This document shows positions 1 through 13,211 of a stretch of 64,000 bases of DNA, in pieces (within the stretch, counting starts at the first letter, position 1; every line of letters begins with the position of its first letter). The translations under genes and the position numbers were made by a program. The notes beneath the pieces are model-generated. The model saw nothing but the letters and a program-made list of their open reading frames with translations, did not search any database and was not told where the DNA came from. The stretch is taken from positions 16,740,001 to 16,804,000 of the forward strand of contig JAQFVV010000006.1 of the NCBI GenBank assembly GCA_028023455.1, in the 5' to 3' direction. Origin of the DNA: Epiperipatus broadwayi. Its lineage: Eukaryota > Animalia > Onychophora.

Positions 1-1776
1 AAATATATCCATATTATTAATAACCATTTATTAGACTTACCGGTAACTATCTCTAGCGCAATAAAACAGGTATTAATTTATTCAAAAACCTTAAATTGTC
101 ATTAAGATTGTACAAGAATTATATACTTTTAGATTAAATCATAATAAAATTACTTCATGAAATTCATTTTAAATTTCAGTCTGTTGATTTAAATTCTTTT
201 TATGAATAAAGTGGATCTAAATTTTATAATTTTTACTCGTTATACAAATGGGTTCATATAGTATACTGTTATGTTAGCAGATTGATAGAAAATTGTAGGA
301 ATGTGTATATTGCAATCATTATTGTTTATATATATTTCAAATGCTTTTTTATTAGTAAAGTATTATTTTGGTCTGTGTATATTTATATTTTATTTATACA
401 AAATCAATTTATATTTGACTTAAAGGAATGAATCCATCCTTTTCTGTTTTCATTTCGTGTTAAAGATCATTAATCTAATGTTTCATTATTTCTTGATTTG
501 TTTATATTATTAATTTATTTACATATTTTCGATTGAAATCATTAACAGATTGTTTTATTATAAACACTTCTCACAATGATTAAGTCGCTTCAGTATCCTT
601 ATTTTGAAATATAATTGATAAACATTTTGAGTATATTTTAAGCGAGCAAAGTGACCAGCCAAGGAAAAGTTAGTCTTCAAATTCAGTTTGTTCGCCAAGG
701 CAGATTAGGAAGATGTTAATGCCTGCCTACTATCCTTACTAGTATCTCATAATTTTGTTTTTGAAAGTTTCAGAATTGTATTGAAAAGCATGTCTAATCA
801 TATCATCATTAGATCAATCCATTATGTAACGTTATAATAGAGGGGGGGGGTGTACAAAGAGAAAGTCAAAGAATAAAACTTAAAGATGAATTTGTGATAA
901 CTATTAAATCAATCTGAGAAATACAAATATATCTATTTATATAACATGTTATTTATTTGATGATCATCTTCTGCAGCAGATCTTTTTTCTCATTGACATT
1001 TATTTCAACAACAGCTCTCCATTGTATTGCATCTATTCTTCATAAGTAATCAATATAATCCTTACAACGAACATAATGCCTTTTCAAGAAAAAACATCCT
1101 CAAAATCCTCATGAATTTTTTTTTTTTTAGAAATTCTCAGACAGCTGATAAGAACCTGCTGATCCAGGGTAGTGTAATGCAGTTTTATATTTGAGGATTA
1201 ATTCTGAATAACCAAAAAGTAATGACTGCTACATTGTAGAATAAGATTGGGTTTCATGCTTTAAATATCAGTTTATCATTTCTTTCTGCCTTCCCTTTAT
1301 TTCCCCTTTACCTTATTCTTTTCAATCATTTATATTAATATTTAGCTCAGTCATCATGAATTTTCAGTTTTATTGGTGATCTCTCTGAACTAACTGTAAC
1401 AATGGGATTGTGTATTTTTGAGATTATATTTTTAGCTTTTAATGATACACACATCAGTTCTAAGTCTAATCTTTTCTACTTTGTTTTTTTTTTTTTGTAG
1501 TGCAAAAGCTCTTGGCATTGAAACAGCAATGATGAGGTCATTTTGTAGTCTTTTTAATTGCGATCTTTCTTGAAGCAGTGCAATTCACTAATAAGTCTTT
1601 ATTTTTTTTTCAGTGTAATCAAATTGCACTTTTGAACAAATGAATATGATGTATGCCGTTATGGTTCTATGTCTTACTAGAACTTTTTTTGTTTTCAGCA
1701 TTTATTGATTTCATTTTCTTCATTTTTATACTTATTTTGAAAATATTTTGCAAGTAAAAGTTTAGTAATTAAGCAG

Positions 1777-1777
<1 letters not shown>

Positions 1778-1821
<44 letters not shown>

Positions 1822-1836
1822 GCGCACACACACATA
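1778..1836. repeat. (AC)n microsatellite with a short (CG)n interruption
   Basis: Directly visible dinucleotide run. Confidence 0.95.
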
Positions 1837-2741
1837 CATTAAGAACATATTATTTTTTCTTTAGTTTTATGTACATTAAATTGAATAATTTATTCTTTTA
1901 TTACACTAAACTGAATTATCTATCTATATTGTAGGGAACCATTTCTTGCCAAGTGCCATTTGGATATTTGTAATCTCATTTATTGGCCACAGAAAATTAT
2001 TGAGTTAAAAATTAGCCAATTAACTTATGTAATTAATTTATCTTTAATCATTAAGCTGGGCAGTTTTTTCAACTGGAAAGCCAATTTCAATTTTTACCTT
2101 TTAAATGAGGGCCATACTTTTTTTTTTTTGGTATTAAGAATAAAGTAATATAATTATTATTAATGACTGTTTCACATTTGATTACAATTTCCCCCCAATA
2201 ACCAATGTTTGTGATGTATGTTCTTACATTTATTTTTATGTTCTGGATAGGTTAATTCTGCAGCAGCTATGATACAATCTTCTATAGACTCCCTTTAGAA
2301 AATGGTTTTGAATTTTTTGCGTTTTTAAAAAAATAATTTGTTTTCACAGAATTTTCTGACTCGTCTGTACATTTCATAAAGCAAGTAGCTAGCTCCTTTT
2401 CAATGTTCAATTTTAATATTTCTTCTCCAATGATTTTGTTGCAGTCAGAATGTTTGATAATGTCGCTTAATATGTTCTTTATTAACTGAAATTCTTTACG
2501 GATATATCGGGTCCATCAAATTTTTATTTCATTATCCAAAAAATTATATGCATTAGTCCATTTCTTTTCAAATGCACAATTTTCTGTGTCAATTTTCTTA
2601 TTCATAATAAAAAAAAAAAAAAGTAAAATAATAATAATAATAATAAAATGAAATAAAATGGGAGTTTTATTTTTACTACTTATACATTCATCTGCAAAAA
2701 TTGCTATAAAAACAAACAAAATGTTCTCAGCATCATAGATT

Positions 2742-2845
2742 TTTTTTTCTCATGTGTCATAGCAACGTCTGGGAAGCGAACCCGCTAACCCGGGATAACT
2801 GCTTGTTAGGCAGCTGTGCTGACCTCTTGGCCACCAACACTTGAC
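2742..2845 (-). mobile_element. Short (~105 bp) tRNA-derived SINE, copy 1
   Basis: Minus strand reads GTCAAGTGTTGGTGGCCAAGAGGTCAGC (A-box-like) ... GGGTTCGCTTCCC (B-box-like) ... ATGAG plus A tail. Flanked by a 17-bp TSD, TCTCAGCATC(A/C)TAGATT, at 2725-2741 and 2846-2862. Homologous to 27350-27452 and 57888-57999. Confidence 0.85.
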
Positions 2846-3056
2846 TCTCAGCATCCTAGATTAATCCATAATCAGATAGACTGCACAATATAATTTGTTA
2901 GAATATTGCCGTACTTCTGATTGGAGAGAGCAAAAGATATCATTGAGGGAATACATATTTTGGTTTATTAACTCGTAATTTAATAATTGCACATATATTT
3001 TTACTATACCACGTGCATGTTTAAATAGTAGTTTTATGAAATTTTATGAAAATGTC

Positions 3057-3116
3057 TAAGGGCCAGAACTTCCGAGAGTCAGACTTGGCCTATGGGCTGG
3101 AGGTTCCCCACCCTTG
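3057..3116. mobile_element. Isolated right terminus of a hAT-type MITE (degenerate)
   Basis: ...TTGGCCTATGGGCTGGAGGTTCCCCACCCTTG resembles hAT MITE ends (...GTTGCCGACCCCTG). No matching left end found. Confidence 0.4.
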
Positions 3117-3274
3117 GGTTAGATCATGCATATGTAAGCTTTTTCAAGGAATGGATCTCATGACATATTGCTTATGAATTGGATCATATTACTAAAAATA
3201 AAATCACATTGTATTTAATAACTGAAACACAGGCTTATTATATACCTGTGTCTATATATATATATATATATATA

Positions 3275-3525
3275 GAGTATATGAGCACAGACTTCACATG
3301 ACCCACCACTCTCCACACTATCTTATAACACTGATACACTTGAACTCATATATGTTGAAAAGATAAATAATCACCAATATACGTATTTTATGCTAAACCA
3401 GCAATCATCAGTTGGTCCAGATTACCATCTCTACACATATATACTATAAGTGCTCAGATATATATTAAGATAGCCAAACTTCATACTTTAATGGACAGGC
3501 TTCAATCTACTCCACACTCCAACTT
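3275..3525 (-). mobile_element. HHR-bearing short repeat (family A, retrozyme/Penelope-terminus-like), copy A1
   Basis: Aligns by eye with copies at 25422, 25811, 33460, 35891, 52731 and 54339. Abuts a (TA)n tract at 3253-3274. Confidence 0.85.
3367..3425 (-). ncRNA. Type I hammerhead ribozyme motif A1, core-mutated (GAAA to AAAA)
   Basis: Minus strand: GUAAUC UGG ACCAA CUGAUGA UUGCU GGUUU AGCAU AAAA UACGUA UA UUGGU GAUUAU. G12 is lost, so probably inactive. Confidence 0.75.
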
Positions 3526-5597
3526 TATAAGCTTTTGTTATCCTAATCTTCCTTTGTATATAAATACAAACACAAGTCATGCTTTTTAATATGTATAGTA
3601 TGCCTATGTAAATCAAGATTACAATATAAATTATGAATATTTGATTTGGAGCACATTTGAATATACATTTACATATTCATCCATATTTCCTAAAAAAAAA
3701 AAAAAACTTACTGCATTGCATCTTTATTTATTTTACTAAAAAAGACAGTGAACGGTGAGACTATTGGCCTTCTGAAACCATTGTTATATTAGAACAACTA
3801 AGTTTTATTGTAATTAAATTCTTGTTCTGTACAGTAATCCTTTTTTATCCAGAAATTGTTTTTGAACTCTATCAAAAACATAATTACAGCCTTGTTATTA
3901 GCAATTCGGTTCTGCAATTATTATATTTTTAAAATGTGATCAATTTTGGAATCTATATAGCTGTCTCCTACTCGCAGTGAATGGCTTGTACCTATTTCAG
4001 ATTCCCAGCCGAACACTAATCTATTCATAGAAATGTTCTTCAGATTTGTATCTTATGCATAAATCCAGACACTTTTCAGGTTTTTATATAAAAAAAGGCC
4101 CTTTTAATATATATAGCTTATAACTTTAGCTATATATACAAGAATACAAGCAAGCATAGCAAGATTTTTCATTTCCCCGTCAGTTTTTTTGAACGATATG
4201 TCTCATTTGTTTTTATTCCTTTTACTGCTAAATCAATTTTCTTAAATGTTATTAAGTTGTTAGATTTATGTTTGGAAAACCCTCTTTTCTTCCAATGCAT
4301 AATCTTGCGGTTAAGACCTGTAGAGGTCCCTACCTTCGCATTTTCAACTGCATATGCTTTAGGTTTATTGCCTTAGTAAATAAATGGAATACTGTAATAT
4401 ATCAAACTTTTGGAAGAAAAAAGGGAGGAACAAAATGCAATACTTGCAACATATCTAGATCAAAAAGAAAACATGGTTAAATAATTTCAAATGGCAAGAG
4501 TTGAAAATGTCCGACTGCAAGTTAATAAGTAGCTGATGGCTTACCAGAATTCAGACTTGTAAAACTGATTAAATTTTATGAATTTTGATGTTTTTGTTTG
4601 TTTACATTTGGGGGGAGGGGCAATAAATAATTGAAGCAGAGTATTTTGATACAGCAGATGCTGCAGTTCCACTATATCATTAAGAAATCTTTAAAGATTC
4701 CAATCAGGAAATGGATTCACTAGTGGTTTTTATTAAGTCCTTCAGTTCTATTATTGTATCCATAGATTTTTTTTTAGTCAACAGCAGTTTAGTTTATGGG
4801 TTGTATATGACCACATTTATATAATCAGTAGTTGCTAAATTCGGATTTAGGCAGCAATTAAGGGAGACAACCATGAGTTTCCAAAACATATAAGAAGATT
4901 AAATCTAGCTAGCATTGTTATTGGATGTGGGGAAAAAAAATTGTATAGAATCTCGTCAGAAAACCACATTTTTAAATTTTTAGGTTGTTTGAAAAGATTT
5001 TTGGTTGAACATCTTTAAGATGGATAATAATTTGAAATGAGTTCATAGTTGATGAAACTCTATCTTTTGGAGGAATATGTGAAAAAGCAGAAAAAAACTT
5101 GGGTACATCAATAATATCTCATGGTAATAGTTTAATTGGATGTTCAGAAGTTTAGTATGGGCTTTTTTCTCCAAAAATGGTCTAGTATTCATCAGTCAAA
5201 ATATGTTAATGCCCAAGAAAACTATCCATAAAATGTTCCCATCACAAGTCCAAGTACTATCAGTTAGCTTATTCCTGGAAATTATTTTAGATCTAATTTT
5301 ATATAATGTGGAAAGCAAGTCAGGCTATGGTTCCTCCAACATTGCATAGATATGATTGTATTTTGTTCTGTTGTTGGAAAAGGTTCTCTTCAGGGCTTGA
5401 GATGTTTTCGTATTATGAGATCAAAAATTGAAGATTTATAATAAAAAACAGAAAGAAATCGCGAAATTGAGAATGAATGATTAAAAACGAAAAAAAATTT
5501 AAAGTTTTATATTAAATATTTACGAATTAAGAATGCCGTTTAGAAAATCGCAAAGAACTTGTTAAGTTATCTGCATTTGATTTAGATATTTAAAAAC

Positions 5598-6128
5598 GTT
5601 ACATTTTCATTTACTATTGTCAAACTCCCTCCACTCACAACTTTGACGCTATCCATTTCAGATAAATACACTAATGATTATTACTAATCATTTTCGAAAC
5701 TAGAGATTATTTCTAGCACAAATATAAACTTTAAACCTCAGTTAAAGATTAGTTAAAGATTAATTAATATATCTGATTTTTTTTAAATTTACACACACGG
5801 AGTTATTCACCTTTCTCTGTCCCGTATGTAATATCTTTATAGATATAATAAACATCTTCACACTTCCCCCAATTCTTTTTAAATTCATATAAATAAAAAT
5901 ATAATAAAAGACAAATGACCTCCAAGATGCATTTCGTGCTGAATCAGCACTCATCAGTTGGCCCAGATCATCATCTTTCACATATATCTCTATTATATGC
6001 ATTAGTATTTATCTAGAGTAAATTGTTACATTTTCATTTACTATTGTCAAACTCACAACTTTGACGCCATCCATTTCAGATAAATACACTAATGATTATT
6101 ACTAATCATTTTCGAAACTAGGGATTAT
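5598..6128 (+). repeat. Direct repeat pair of ~105-113 bp (5598-5710 and 6025-6128)
   Basis: GTTACATTTTCATTTACTATTGTCAAACTC...CGAAACTAG(A/G)GATTAT occurs twice; the second copy lacks 9 bp. The pair brackets HHR A2. Confidence 0.9.
5915..5971 (-). ncRNA. Type I hammerhead ribozyme motif A2, intact-core variant
   Basis: Minus strand: AUGAUCU GGG CCAA CUGAUGA GUGCUG AUU CAGCAC GAAA UGCA UC UUGG AGGUCAU. Full core, 6-bp helix II, palindromic helix III (AUGCAU), AUC cleavage triplet, helix I of 4+7 bp around a 3-nt bulge. Confidence 0.88.
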
Positions 6129-8802
6129 AATTAATTGAATAGATTTGATATAAATCAAATTAATTTTTAAAAATATTTGACTCATTAGTGATGTCAGAGT
6201 AGTTTTGATTAATTTTATTTATTATTTTTTTAAAATTAAAATCATCTGTAATAAATATGATTTTATTTTGTATATTTTTTCTTACTACTGTCTTTTTTTT
6301 TTTAAAGGTTATTTATTATAACATTAAAAAAAATTAATATATGAAAATACAAATTTAATTACTTAAATAGCATGTTTTTTAGTAGTTGTATGTGTGGGAA
6401 TAAAAACATAATGGATTTGTATTTCTGAAACTGCAGAAAGCTAGTAAAAAATACTCTTAGCAGGTGCATAATTTTTTCGCTGGATTAATTAATTACATCA
6501 ATGGAGTTATCATTAGATATCCAGCCATTAAATTTAAAGAGTATTGTAATAATAGGACTGAGTTTACAGAATGTTAAGATAACGAACTGATTCATGCTAG
6601 TTATATAAAATCTATTGTTAGAAATTAAAAGAAGTTAGTCATAAACTGTAAAATCAGGTGGGAGGGAGGGCTGCAAGGGAGAAGAAACAATGAGTTAGTT
6701 TTGGAGTTCACTGTAAATGTAACGGAGCAGCTGTTGTTTTGATAGAAAAAAATGTTTTTAGTCTGAAGTATAAAAGTGATAAGTTGATTACAATTAGAAT
6801 AAGTTATTGCAAGAGATGGTACCGAAATTCTTTACGTACTTAAACTAAACTGGACGTGTGTAAATCTGGATTTAGATAAACAAACTTTAATAAGAATGAA
6901 GTGCAAAAAAAATGGAGAAATGTGATTCATAGCTCAAGAGTAATGCTTATTTTTATTTGTTAAAATATTTTCATATTCTGCATGGTCAATCTATATATCT
7001 GAGAGGAAAATCTGATTTACATAAAATTCGACATGCATAAAGTCACAGAAACAGATTTCGAAAGTTAACGATTATTCATCCTTAATTTTTTTTGCTAACA
7101 TTTTTATGCACATATTTATTTTCTGTACGTCATAATCATATTATGCGCATATATGCGTAATCTTTATGCTTTGTAATTGCTTGTTGGTATGTGGTTGGAA
7201 CTGAAAGAGACCCAAGTAACTGTTCTTTTTGTATCTCTCTGCTTTGCTTCTCAGACTAAAAAACTGTAACAGTCAACCATCTTAATATTGAGTGATGGAC
7301 AATTTTTTACATCGTTTTTCAGAACTTAAGTAACATACATTCAAAAAAACCACACATACAGTTTGATATACCCCTCCCCATTAAAAATTACAAACTTTAA
7401 AACACTAATAAAAATTATTACAAAATTAGAATACTGTAGTTATGAAGGGGACAGCACAGTCATAAACTGAGAGAAAGAAAAGGAAAGGGGAAGCTAGATG
7501 GGGAAAGAGAGAGAAACATGATAACACACAAAGTCAAATCTAGATGGATGCATATGGATGTTAATATCTTTGCTTGCCTTACCATTTTCCCCTCTTACTA
7601 CTAAACAATTGCTTACATTTTATATGGTTATTAACTTCATGCATGGAGCCATTTTAAACAAATTTTATTTAATAATGCATTGGGATAATACACAACTGAT
7701 TGGGAGTTTACAGAATGTGTGAGACAAAAGGATCGACTCAGAGTTGATTCATGATACTGCTCATTCATGAACGTGTGTGCAAAATTTACAAATTTAAATT
7801 TCCAAATTATTTATTATTATTTTCATATCAAAAGTTACCGAGATCATAAATGATGAGCCCATAGGTAAAGAGGGATGTTTGTAATATCATTAATTTAAAA
7901 TAAATTATGCATTTAACAAGTTGTTATCATATAGAGATGTTTACTTAAAAGCACTAAGAGATGTGCTTAAATATTTGCATACATGATCATGGATAATAAC
8001 ATGTGAGTGGTGTTATTTTGATGTTACCCATTTATAGAGTAAAATGATGGAGTGATTTCTTTACGCTTTTATCGGTTAAAATGCTGCTAAGAGATTTGAA
8101 GATATATGATAACGTGAAGCTAAAAAAATGAAGAACCAACACAGTACACTTAACTTGTTCTGATAAAAAGACATCATGCTGAATTTTTAAAGCATTGATT
8201 TGAGACACCATTTCCACAATAACATCAATTATAACAGTACTAGAGCAAAATGTTATATGTTGCCAGAAAATGGAAATACCAAGGAAAAAAATTAAGCTAA
8301 AAAAATAGGGATTATCACTAAAAAACTAAGGGGGAAAAAAGAATTTTAATATCCCGAAAAAATATTATTTTATTGCTTGTTCATAATTTCTAATTTATGA
8401 TAACTACATTTTTAATTTATTTTTTTGTTGATAATTTCATTATATTGCTTATAAAATTCTGATTCAAAAAATGTATCATACTTTTTATCCGAGATAATTC
8501 ACTACTTTATTATTTATAAAGATAGGGATATGATAATAGCTCGTTTTTATTTGTACCCTAGAAGGTAAAAGTCTCAAGGTATCTATAATAATATTTTTTC
8601 TTCCCAAATAAAAGATGAAAAAAATAAGTAAATATTAATCAAACAATAATTATTGCAAATCAAATATTATGAAATTATCTTTTAACAAATTATAATAAAT
8701 TAAAAAAAATAATAATTATTATTAAAAAAACTAAATAAAAACTTAATAGTTAACTACTAGATAAATGCTGGGCTTGGACTGGTATTTTTAGATCTAATAT
8801 CT

Positions 8803-8867
8803 GAATATTCTAGCACTTCACTGATGAAAGCCAACAGCTAGAAACCGGTTTGGGGATAGGGATATTC
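8803..8867 (+). ncRNA. Type I hammerhead ribozyme motif B1 (family B), partly degenerate
   Basis: CUUCA CUGAUGA AAGC CAACA GCUA GAAA CCGG UU UGGGG. Palindromic ACCGGU helix III; distal helix GAAUAUUCU/GGGAUAUUC; A-A mismatch at the base of helix II. Upstream TAGATAAATGCT..GCTTG is shared with about 50875-50895. Confidence 0.65.
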
Positions 8868-11800
8868 ATGCTCATTATATAACATTTGTAGTACAAGGCT
8901 TATTAAATTAAATCATGTGATATGTGACTTGATTTCCTTGCAATAATAGTTTTGCAATTAAATTCAGTTAGTAGGATATTGTAAAAAAAAGGGGGGGGGG
9001 GAAGGATGGGAAAAATCACCAATTATTCTTATTTATCACTGGGAATACAATAAAGTAAAAAAGCATATAATTTGAAATTCCGGGCAAGATTATCATACAC
9101 ATGTATGTACATAGTTAAAAACTGTGGAACATATGCATTGAGAAAATCCTTCTGTCAAAAGCTATGATGAAAGCTTAATAATCTGAAAAACAAGATGTGC
9201 TACAGATTTGAGCTCTAAATTTCCCATTCCTCACTCAAAACTATTTTCATTTAAACTTTTGATAAATCAACTTTGTAAGAAAATTTTTATCCTGAATAAA
9301 AACATCACTAAATTTAGAATCTGCAAAATGTATTAAAATGAGATCTTAAAATAGTTGGAGAAAAAATTGCAGTAGGAGTTTAGATTATGAAAATGATAAA
9401 ATGTATAATTTTAGAAGGAAAAATGCATTGTGATTTTATATTAATGAGGCAAATTACTGCATGTAAAGACACAGGAAGATAAGTGACTGTTGATAAGGAA
9501 AGAAGAATGAAAATTTAATAAGGTTTAGAGTAAATATTGTGATTCCTTGAAATTGGGATTAAACTTGAAATTTAAATAGAGAATTGATTAAAATTGAGAA
9601 AAATTTTGAAGAATATTTTTGAAATTGAATGCAGATAAATATTTTTTAAAAATATATTTAAAGAGGAAAATAATAAAATTCTTTGCATAAGAGAAATTTA
9701 TGAAAAGTCTTAAAAAAAAGAAATATCAATTAATGCTTATTGAAAGAATTGGCGGACATTACAAAGATTATAGCTGCAGCAGAACAAATCACCCAAAGAA
9801 TACACACACATCTATACAGTATTTAACTAAGCACTCCAATATCAGTTTTATTAGTTTTTGATATGTCTGCTGTAATATGGAAATGAATATGTTACAAGGA
9901 TATAAGAACTGGATAATAAAAGATCAAACATATATATGGTCATATGAATCATTATGCTAAAATGATTTGTTTAGGAATTAACAGAAAACATCTATCCAAG
10001 ATGATAATTTTCTTCCTTTTATTGGAATTATGCAACATAGCTGCAGACTATTTGAATATTTTAGGGGAACAGATTTATTCTATATCATATAAATTGTTTT
10101 CAGTGAACATTTAATCTTCAAGGATGCTAATGTGTGTTAAATAAGTCGAGAATGGTTAACATCCACCATGGTGTCCTCCATTATCTTATTTAAATATTAT
10201 TTATCTTATGTGATTTTTGAATATTTGAGACATTTCACTATAAAAAATAGCTAAATGATGTTTTTAGATGTTGCTCACTTATTTAATCCACGTAGAATAC
10301 AAGCAGTTTTTTTAATACAGACAATAGTCCCATGCCACATAAAACTTAGTAAATGTAATGTAGTATATTTAGCCTTCAGTTTGAACATACAACAAACATA
10401 TGTAATTTTGTATCCTGTTAGCATATTGTTTAAAGAATTTTTAAAACTACCAAAAATAATGAGTTTTGAAAGAAAAACAACTTACATTTAAAATGTCTTC
10501 CTGAATATATTGGGGGAAAATTTTTTTTCTTTTTACACCATATTGGCAGAAGAGAGAGGGTTTAAAATATTAGTAATTATAAAAGGTCAAATATATTTTA
10601 AATTTATTAATAAAAATATTTGAAATAAAAATTAAACTTCCAAGATAAGCAAAAATATACTTTTCATTTTGACCAATAATATGTAAAACTCCTATCATAT
10701 TGTGCAGTGAATGAATAAAAGATAAACTTCTTATTCTGTGATTATAAGTAGCATTTAAGTAGACAAAAGCAGATTGAGTATTTGATACAAAATAACTTTA
10801 ATCTGGTTCATATTCATTCTAAGTGAAAGGAATATGAGTAGTCCCATTCTCACGGAGAAAGTGGACTTGGAAAATATTATTATAGGCATTGAAATTAATA
10901 TTGCCATCACATATTACTCAATTATGTAGATACAGCAGTCGTATCTTTTTGAATAAAACATTGCATATTACTCTAGTGAATTACCATAGCAAATTAGTTA
11001 GAGGTTACCCTTAATTTTGAATACCAATATTCAATAACTTGTATTATTCAACAAAATTTCAGAAGTGATAATTAATAAGGGTATTTTTTGTTCCTGTTAT
11101 ATCAGTCTTTGAATTTTCAATGAGGATAAACAATTTCTGTTCACAATCTGAACAAGAGGTTTTGGATTAATAATGTTTTACCTGAATCAAACATGGTAAA
11201 ATATTTTACAATATTTTGTAATTTATTAATAAATGTCCCATTGATATTTGCGTTCTACAAGTCAAAAGCATGTTTTTCAAAATCACATTAATGCTCTAAG
11301 TACTATGCAAATTATTTATCAGAGGAGCAATATTTTATTTTGTCAATCTAAAATTAGTCTTAGCTATAATAGGACATTCTTAATGCCATCTTTTATGATT
11401 TTCCTTTTTTGATAATATGTAGAATATTGTGTGTACAAATATATTTAATTAATTTGTATTAATGAAGAAATTAAGATTATATTTGACTCAAGATGTAATA
11501 TTACCGTATCTGCTTACCAATTATTTAAATTGGATTTGTGTCATATGCAATAAAAAAATTTTTTTTTTAGGTTTCAGTCAAGTTTAGAATTTTTTTTGCC
11601 CATAACCAATCTAGCAAACATTCAAACTGGTCAATAAATGGATGTCTAGTTGTTTAATTAAAGGATAGAACAAGAATAGAAAAATACAAATCTTTAGCAA
11701 TTATCCAATCTGGTGAGTAATGCTTTCCCTTTCACAATTTATGAGGGATTGTTAAAAATATTTATATTCTGTAGTGACTGGTTTATTGCCGCTTTATCTT

Positions 11801-12110
11801 TACACCTTTTTTGTTCACATTAATATTGGCTGAAAGTGCTTTTTGGTTGCTAAAATTACATTTGGAAATTACACATAGTTCTTGAATTACAATTTTGTTT
11901 TAATGAGATATTTAATGATAAATGTACTGCTGACATCAGTTTAGACCTATGGTACAGTGGCATATTCAGAACTAAAGGTTCCTGGACTGATTGCCAATTG
12001 GTAAAAAAAGAAATCAGATCCAAAATTTGTTTATGATTTAAATTGGAATTTGTGTTTATTTGCTACTTAAATGCTGTAACATGACTTAATTTCCAAGAAT
12101 TATTAATATA

Positions 12111-13211
12111 CACCTGGGTCTCTTTTTACACGGACTTATTTAACATGATTTTGAAGTTACGCGATTCATGTTTCACTGGAAGTCGAACTCCTATAATGCG
12201 CTATTACTTTAAATAATAAATTTCGCGCACTTACGTTATATTGAAAGTAATAGCACATTATTGGAATTCGACTTTCATCTTAGTAATTTCAATATTTTCA
12301 GTGCTTTATAATAGTAAGATTTTATGCAATAATGAAATTAAAATCATGATTTCCACATTTTATGTATACACACATTAAATTTTACAAGATTATAACGTAA
12401 ATTTGTTCAAACATTGTGCGTGTTAATTTTGCATTTTAAATTACATTCTGTTTTTGCTTTTTAAAAAAAGAACGTAATCAATTATTAATCATTTAGTGTC
12501 CACAAGTTTATTTTTAAAAGGTGAGTAATAGTAGTGGGCACAATTAAATTTGACAATTAAAAATTAAAATCTGATTTTTAATTGTAATTAACAATTTAAA
12601 AATTACTTACGGTGACTTGAAATTAATGTGATGTGAAATTTGATTTTTAAACGGAATTGAAAATTAAAAAATTAAAGACAAAAATAATTTAATTTTTAGT
12701 TGTTAGTTTCATAAACAATTAATAAAATCATCTCAAAGATTAATTACTAATTACGTTGTCACCAGAAAACCATTGACACAACATGAGTGTGAAGTTGGCG
12801 CTAGTTGTATTTCCTCTTGTGAAGAATTTTTATTTTTTACCAGTTTGCAAACGAACAGGTTTTTCGGCAAATAGCGATAATAATTAAAACATGTATAAAA
12901 AAATGTAAATTTCTGTACTGTAAATTATGCATAAAAATATATTATTTTGAATAAAATTAAATATTATGTTAAAAAAAGTTTGTCTTGTATCAATTTTTTT
13001 CAAATTTGAAATTTTATTAGTCATATTTTATTTCCTTATTTTTTTTTTTGCATGAATTTTAAAGTAATTTTACGTTGGTGCTTTGCTTTTACGCGAATTT
13101 TGAAAAATCACAGACTGCACCTCCCCTTTTTCAATGTAAGTTACATCTATTTTTGCGCGATTTCATTTGCGCATGTTTTCTGAGGAACCTATCTATCGCG
13201 TAAAATCAGAT
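12111..13211. mobile_element. Putative Tc1/mariner (pogo/Tigger-like) non-autonomous element
   Basis: Imperfect inverted ends (GTCTCTTTTTACACGG ... TCGCGTAAAATCAGA), repeated TTACGCG motifs, and CpG-richer than the flanks. Confidence 0.45.
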
